Assembly: GCA_037447605.1 (NCBI GenBank)
Contig: CM074807.1
Span: 620,001 to 684,000 of the forward strand
Reading direction: 5' to 3'
DNA from: Zygnema circumcarinatum SAG 698-1b
Taxonomy: Eukaryota > Plantae > Zygnematophyceae
DNA length: 64,000 nt
The notes under the pieces were generated by a model. The model saw nothing but the letters and a program-made list of their open reading frames with translations. It was not told the origin of the DNA and ran no database searches. Positions 50,404 to 64,000 of this stretch are shown one piece after another (the first letter of the stretch is position 1; each line of letters opens with the position of its first letter). A program made the position numbers and the translations under genes.

Positions 50404-53400
50404 TTCTCTCTCTCTCTCGAGTGCAGCAGGATTAACTCACATCCTCCACATTCTTGTGGAAATGGCGCTCGATTTTCTCCATCAACATTTCATCTCGCTT
50501 CCCGGAAATCAAGTTGAAGGCCGCACCTAAGCACACCCCCAAAAGAGAGAAATCAAAAAATTCATCGTCAGTCGTTTGCTTTAGAGAGATCAAAAGGAAA
50601 AATTGTACCAGAAAATTCTGTCCTTTTCAAAAGGCAAAAAAACCCTCCTCTTCCTCGTCCTTTCAACCTTCATTTCATTTAAAACGATGATGAAAAATTG
50701 GAGCAAATCGGAGTACCTTTTAAGCCTAACAAACCTGTAAGAAAACTAGAACCCATTTAAATCTATAGAAAACCCAAAACCTAAAACCCTAGAAACCTGC
50801 AAAAGCTGCTGAAGTAGTAGTAGCTCCCTACCTTTCCGCCCAAACCTTCCACTTCTTCCAATTCGATGAAGGTAAGTCTCATATTCCGGCTCGTTTGGGT
50901 TGTGGTTCTTTGCAGGCAGGTCATAGTTCACCACTAAAGTCACCTGCAGGGTGCCCCTATCCCGCACTCAAAGCTTTCAGACTGTGCGACTAACCCTAAT
51001 AACCGTACAGACCGTGAACCCTGAACCCTGAATCCGAGAACGCCTCAAAAAAACGAGGCCCAAAAAACGCGAAGATTCGACACCCTAGAGCTCCACAAAC
51101 CCTAAAGTTTGAAAACTTCAGGTTTGACTTTGAGATCGACTTTGAAAAACTTTCAGCTATAAAATAAAAAAAAATAAAAAAAAAAAAAAACGATGAGGGC
51201 ACCACCACCGACCAAACACGCTCCCTTCCCCCCCTCACTCCCCCTCTCCTGGCCCCAAAAAAACGGTCAGAAAAAAAAAAAGGGGTTCGTACGAACCTGA
51301 GCCTGGTCGAAGCCCCGGGCCAGCACGTCGGTCGAGATCAAAATTTTTGTGGTGCCCGAACGAAATTCTTTTATGACCCGGTCGCGCTCTTCGTGCGGCA
51401 TTCCTCCCTGAATGGAAGTGCACTTGTGGCCCTCCATCTCCAGCTTTCTAACCCATAAACGACAAAAACAAGAGAGGAGAATGGACCAATGGGAGAGCCC
51501 CAAACATCAGCTAGAGCACACTCTCCCTCTTTCTCTCTCTCCCTCTCTCACTCTCTCTCTCTCCCACTCTCTCTCCCTCTCACATGCTCTCTTTCCCTCA
51601 CTCTCCCTCTCTCCCTCTCTAACGCTCTCTCTCCCTTTCTCTCTCTCTCCCCCACGCTCCCCCCCTCTCTCCCTCTCACATTCTCTCTTTCCCTCACTCT
51701 GCCTCTCTCCCTCTCTAACTCTCTCTCTCCCTTTCTCTCTCTCTCCCCCACGCTCCCCCTCTCTCTCCCTCTCACATTCTCTCTCCCTCACTCTCCCTCT
51801 CTCCCTCTCTAACTCTCTCTCTCTCCCTTTCTCTCTCTCTCCCCACGCTCCCTCTCCCTCTCCCTCTCCCACCAGCTACACTCTCCCCAGCCTTTTCTGT
51901 ACCTGTGTAGCTCCCTCGCACTCTCCCGAGTCCGTACGAAAATTATCGACTGCCCGAGCTTTTCGGCAGCTGGAAAAATTCTGTCCTTGAGCACTGCTGT
52001 TTTGTCGTGAGGCGTGGGACAGCGAACCCTGTACTGCTTTATCACTTCCAGAGAGAGAGCCTCCTTCGGAACAAACACCTGATTGGCCCGCGGTACTTCG
52101 CGCACAGCAAATTGCTTCACTTTTTCGTTGAATGTGGCGGAGAATAGGAGAATCTGGAAAGAAAGGTTGAAGGAAAAAACTCAGTTTTTTGGTTTTGAAT
52201 GGATGCTGCGATGGTCCTTAAGGCGAAGGTTGCAATCTTTTGCTTCCTTTTGCTTTGCAGGGGGTTCAGTTTTGTTCAAAGAAGAAAGATTAATAGACTA
52301 TAGAGCACTAATGTGCTTGAAAAAGATAGAACATAAGCAAGGAGGGAAAAGATTGTGGGTGGTAAGGGAGAGGGTTTGAGTCAAACCTGACAGTGCTGAC
52401 TGGACTTTCTAATGTGGTTCATTATCCGAGTGGAGTCATCCTGAAACCCATCCTGAAATGCAAAGAAAAAGGTCGAAAAATCCCAACTAAGAAATCAAAA
52501 AAACTCAAACCTCACATTCTTCTCAGCCACAACCCCAACCCCCAACCCTAATCCTTTAACTCAATAGAATCAATCCCCAACTAAACCATTCATAAACCAA
52601 CCCCTCCCCTCACTTGATCCAACATATGGTCTGCCTCGTCGAAGACCAAAATCCGAATGCTATTGGTCCTCAAAATTCTGTCCTTAGTCATCCATCGCTT
52701 GAGCGTCCCCGGCGTTCCAATGACCACTTGGTCGACTAAAGTATCTCGGCGGGAGGCCGAAAAGCCGCCGCTTTCCGCTTGAGCTGTGCACGCGCACGTG
52801 ATGCCTGTGTACTTAGCCATTTTAAGGAGGACCTCCTCGTTCTGCAAGGGGCACAACGGAGGGGAGAGGGTGGGAGGGGAGGGGAGGGGAGGAGAGGGAG
52901 GGGAGGGGAGGAGAGGGAAGGGGAGAGGGAGAGGGAGAGGGAGGTAGGTTGAGGAGGGGAAGGGGGGGAAGGGAAGGACGGAAGGGAGAGGAGGGGAAGG
53001 GGGGGGAGGGAAGGACGGAAGGGAGAGGAGGGAAGCGGGGGAGGGGAAAGGAGGGGAAGGAGAGGGAGAGAAGGGAGGGAGAGGTGGATTGAGGAAGGGA
53101 AGGGGGGAGGGGAGGACGGAAGGGAGAGGAGGGAAGCGGGTGAGGGGGGGAGGAGGGAAAGAAGAGGGAGAGAAGGGCGGGAGAGGTGGATTGAGGAAGG
53201 GAAGAGGGGGAGAGGAAAGCAGGGGAGGAGGAGGACAGGAAGGAGAGGGGAGGCAGGGAGGGAGATGTGAATTGACGAAGGGAAGGGGGCGGGGGAGGAC
53301 GGAAGGGAGAGGAGGAAAGCGGGGGAGGGGGGACCGAGAGGAAGGACAGGGAGGGAAGGGAGGGAGAGGTGGAGTGAGGACGGGAAGGAGGCGACGAGTG

Positions 53401-55202
53401 GACGGAAGGGAGAGCAGGGAAGCGGGGGAGAGGGGGAAGAGAGGGAGGGAGTTTAGGGTTCGGGGTTAGGGGTTGAGGGTTTAAGGTTTAGGCAGGCAGC
53501 GGTGGATTAAGATAGGGAAGGGTCGAAGGGAAGGAATGTGGGGGGAAAGGAGGAAAGCGGGGCATACGGGCAAAGTAGGAAGGAGAGGGAGGGAAGGGAG
53601 GGAGAGGAAGGTGGAGGGAGAGAGGGGGGGAGGGAGAGGGGGATAGGAGGCAGGTAGGAAAGCGGGCTGGAGAGAGAGGTCCCAAGGGTGGGAAAGTTGG
53701 GGAGAGAGAAAGGGAAGGAGAACGAGAGGGAGAGCGATGGAAGGAAGACTCTCTCTCCCTCTCTCTCTACAACTACTCAGAGAATCTTGGGAACGCAAGT
53801 CTCTTGATAACCACTTGGATACCCTGATTTCCCATGTAAACGTACCTGAATCGCGAGCTCCCTTGTGGGGCAAACGCAGAGAGCCTGTGGCTCCTTCAGA
53901 TTTGGATCCACTCTGCTGAGCATGCCCAAAACGAAGCAGGTCGTTTTTCCGGAGCCGTTATGAGCTTGAGCAATGAGGTTGTGATAAGGAGGGTTCAGAA
54001 TCATCGGTAGAGTTTCCGCTTGAATCTTGCTCGGCTTCTCAAACTTCATCTCACTGTAAATGCCTCGCAGGAGGCTTTCCGAAAGGTTCAAATCTTCAAA
54101 CCGCTTCGCTGAAGTGTAGGGAGTGTCGCCTGCTATAACCTGCATAGTTGTATAAGGGGAGAGAGGGAAGGGGAGAAAGAGGGAGAGAGGGAGGGAGGAA
54201 GAGAGGGAGATGATTCAGCGGCTAAAGCAGAATTACTTTGAGAAATAGACTGGAAAAGATTCGATTTTTGCTGTTCTTCCGTGTTTCATATTCAGCAATT
54301 ATCGGTCATCTACTTTGAGTAATATTTTATGGAATATGCGGCACCAGCGTGTTGATTTGTCCTACTTCAGAGCTCAGAGGGTTTCAAACAATAAGGTGTC
54401 CTTCTAGAGAAAACGTTACAATCTCTTGAACTCCAAATGTATGAATTGAATACGCCAACCAGAAATGTCCCTTCCCTCCAAGAGTACATTTATTTTCTGT
54501 TTGAATTCCTATAAATTAACAAAGGTACACGAAAGTATTGCTGTTGCGGTAGCCATGCCTTACATAAATTTGCGCTTTAACTTAAAGTTTGGGTTTCCAG
54601 TATTAATTTTACACTGCAGTCAACGAAGGTCAAATTTTAGGGTTCAAGAGTTCTCTTATGCACGTTGGTTGACCAATTTCCTATTATCTTGATCAAGTCC
54701 GGCTTCCTCGAACAAATGAATGCCACAATTTTAGAAGCTAAGCTATCCCAAAAACTTCAATTTGACTTCAACGTAAGCAAAAGCAAAGAAAATGAGGAGA
54801 TATAAGAAAAGAAAAAGTCGCCACCAAAATCCCTTTATCTAAACATGGAAGAAAAAATTTAACAAAAAAAAAATACATTAAATTCAAGCAAAAGAAAGTA
54901 AGCTAACGGTGGAGCTTTACCTTCTTAATCTCCGTCTCAGGTGCCTCTACCTCTTCGTTGAGCTTCTCCGCCTTAATCTTTACTTCCGGCTTATCTACCG
55001 TCCCCTCCTCCCCCGAAATCTTCACTCCTGAAAGGTCCAAACTATCCACAGCCGCGTCCTGCTTCTCCCCCGAGCCCTCCCCTCCTCCCTCCTTCTCCAC
55101 GGACGCCCCCATGGCTGCCGAAGGCGCTGCGACATCCTCCGCCTTACTTTCCGGAGCAGGACCGTTGCTGGCAGCTGCAGACTGACCACCGTTTTCAGCC
55201 AT
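50002..55202 (-). CDS. DBP5: DEAD-box RNA helicase DBP5/DDX19 (plant LOS4/RH38), mRNA export
   Basis: Exons 55202-54921, 54139-53846, 52841-52614, 52452-52387, 52153-51903, 51447-51297, 50943-50832, 50526-50441, 50061-50002. [57 protein letters not shown]. Confidence 0.96.
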
Positions 55203-55460
55203 GGCCGCCCTTCCAGCAGCAGCAGCAGCAGCAGCAGGATACCTACCACCCGAGCAGAGGGATTGCGCCGATTGCTGCAGGATTCAGATGTCTGCAGCAA
55301 TTTCTGGACCTGCAAATACGTGTCAATTGGGCGTTCGCGCTGTGCAGGAGGCGAGGGTGCGCCCAGCGCGCGAGAGCAGCCTGCAAAATTTTGGGAGGGG
55401 ATGACAGCTGTGCTTCAACTCGAGGGCGCCGATGGGATGCACGAGATCTGAGCGATTAAG

Positions 55461-55714
55461 AGCCGTTGGATGATCTGGGCGTTAAACAGCCGTTGGATTA
55501 TTTGGGCCTACAAGAGCCGTTCGATGAATACAGGTCTGCAGTTGCCGTTGGATGCTTTGGACCTGTACAAGCCGTTGGATGATTCAGGTCTGCAGGTGCC
55601 TTTGGATGCTTTGAACCTGTAAGAGCCGTTGGATGATGCAGGTCTGCAGGTGCCTTTGGATGCTTTAAACCTGTAAGAACCGTTGGATGATGCAGGTCTG
55701 CAGGTGCCGTTGGA
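55461..55714 (-). promoter_or_regulatory. ~27-bp tandem array of MSA-like TCCAACGG motifs (10 units) between divergent DBP5 and SAMHD1-like genes
   Basis: CCGTTGGA is intact in 7 units, CCGTTCGA in 1 and CCTTTGGA in 2; there is a 54-55-bp higher-order period. Confidence 0.6.
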
Positions 55715-56412
55715 TGAAGTTCGGGGAGTTCCATGCGAACTCCGGGCTGGGAAATCTGAAAAGGGCTGTAGTGATTTGGAAATACGGTCCAAATCGCTTT
55801 TGGTTGGAAGGTTCCAAACGCCCCTTTGTGAATGTATTTGCGACCTTTTCCTGCAACTGTGCAAATTCTTTTGTTGCAACCCGTTTTCATTCAAAGGCTT
55901 TGTTACTTATAAATTCGATCAATTTCGCTATCGGAAGTTTTCATATTGTGCATCGAAGAATGTCCTGACAGCTGACGGTGTTTCGCACCGCCTGTTTTAA
56001 TTTAAAAAAAAAAAAAAGAAAAAAAGAAAAAAAGAAGCGCTGAGCTTTGCCGTCATTACGAGATGATTAAGCTCTCCCAGGGGGAACAGCATCATCAAGC
56101 AAAGGGTCAAGGAGGGGCTCTGTCTGTGGTCTCCTTGCCTCGTGCAGAAAAATGGCTTGGGAGGTTGGAGCCATCACTGCAGCTTGATGGAGCGGAGATG
56201 AATGCAGCCTGCGTTTTCCTCACTTCATTTGAGTGAAGTGGAAGCAACGCGTTAGTGTTAGAGTGCGAAGATGGGGAGTGGAGGGCAGTAGTCCGAAGGC
56301 CACTCTCTTTCTCTCACGCTCGGGGTCTCCCTCTCGCGTTTCTCTCTCTCCCGCACTTTCTATCTCCTCTCTGTATCTCTCCTCTCTCTCTCTCGCTTTC
56401 ATTCTCGATGCG

Positions 56413-62883
<6,471 letters not shown>

Positions 62884-62979
62884 AAAAAAATCATACATTA
62901 TAAAGAGTTTTAAGAAAAAAAAATACGGTCCAAGGTGAATTGGTTTTCATCCTATCAAAGTAGAAAGTTACAATCCCCT

Positions 62980-63524
62980 TTACTGCTGCTTTCCCTCTTT
63001 GACTCCAGACGGCGTTGAAGGATGCGGGTAAGGAGGAGGGCCTCCATTCCTTTCGTCCAATGGGAAGAAGGGAGGGTCATGCCGTATACTGCATTGGTCA
63101 TAGACCCAAAAACCAACAAATAACCAATTAGAACAACAGGATGTTGAAAATTTGTTCACAGGCTTGCCACAATCTCTACCACAAAAAGTTAATGCCCATA
63201 CACCCACATGCCCACATGTTTTGCAATCAATTTCTTAAAGTTGAAACGAGTTATGCAGATTGCGCTCTCTCTCAGTCTCCCCCTCACCCTCTCTCCCCCC
63301 AACTCTTAAATCTGTTAGAAGTCGCAAACACACAACACGCACTCACTCGATTTGTAGCTCTTACACCCTGGAACTCTTGAACTGGGACAGACACTCCACA
63401 GAGGAAAACAAGAAGGCGAGCACAAGATGGACAATTGAAGGCAGACGACTCACGAGTCTGTCACGATGTAGAGCGAGTAGACAGCTCCTGGAACGTATCC
63501 CAATATCGTCAGCCCCACAGACAC
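62980..63524 (-). CDS. RCI2: RCI2/PMP3 (UPF0057) small stress membrane protein, last two exons; first exon not identified
   Basis: Exon 63524-63454 VSVGLTILGYVPGAVYSLYIVTD (family pattern LTILGY.PG..Y..Y.I) splices in phase 2 to exon 63088-62980, SIRHDPPFFPLDERNGGPPPYPHPSTPSGVKEGKQQ*. Confidence 0.75.
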
Positions 63525-64000
63525 CTGCACAGACGGCACAAGGAGGAAATATGTGACCAATCTTAAGGCATTCATAAGACTAGTCAGACCATTAGCCATA
63601 ATCAGAACCTTTCATACTCATAATACGTTTATATGCTAAACTTATTCACCCATACGTTTGTGAACCGCACTGAGGAGACCCTTCCACAGAGCACAAGAAA
63701 AGCTGGGCACGTGAACATCTGGAAAGGCCCGGATGCAACATTTTGTGTCTTTCCATGGCCGCCTATGTTCGGTTCTTCGACATATTCAACTGGAAAGCTA
63801 CATTCCAATCGATGCAGATATATGTTGCTACTTTCAGACGGCTTCCAAATACAACTTTCATAACAAAGCTGTTTCAAAGGTAACTGCCAGGGTAGGACAC
63901 ATTTCCTTAAACAAATTCAGCAGTCTTCTACATACAAAGCGCTTACAAATAGCCCATACAAGCCTATTGGAAAAATCGCCCATGGGTTCATATAACTTTT

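Overview
Eukaryotic nuclear DNA from an intron-rich green plant, most likely a non-seed streptophyte (alga or early-diverging lineage; inferred from gene content). I hand-spliced 12 protein genes: ERO1 (-), cytosolic TrpRS (+), LHCA4 (-), PRT1 (-), a 2-LIM protein (-), pTAC12/HEMERA (+), plastid GPX (+), a LEA_2 protein (+), a FUT8/GT23-like fucosyltransferase (-), DBP5/LOS4 (-), SAMHD1/VEN4-like (+) and a partial RCI2/PMP3 (-). Introns are filled with polypurine/polypyrimidine minisatellites and telomere-like repeats, which produce most of the long ORFs in the track; these are spurious. Nine N-gaps hide catalytic exons of ERO1 and SAMHD1. The most striking non-genic structures are: (1) a 652-bp near-perfect inverted duplication carrying the 3' end of a CRE-like retrotransposon inside a TIR-bounded unit, a possible Mu-killer-like hairpin silencing locus; (2) a tandem-duplicated intron in HEMERA that creates a 23-nt stop-containing candidate poison exon; (3) a 10-unit MSA-like array between DBP5 and SAMHD1; (4) a perfect ERSE plus two UPRE cores between the divergent ERO1 and TrpRS genes. 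All coordinates were read by eye and no database search was run.
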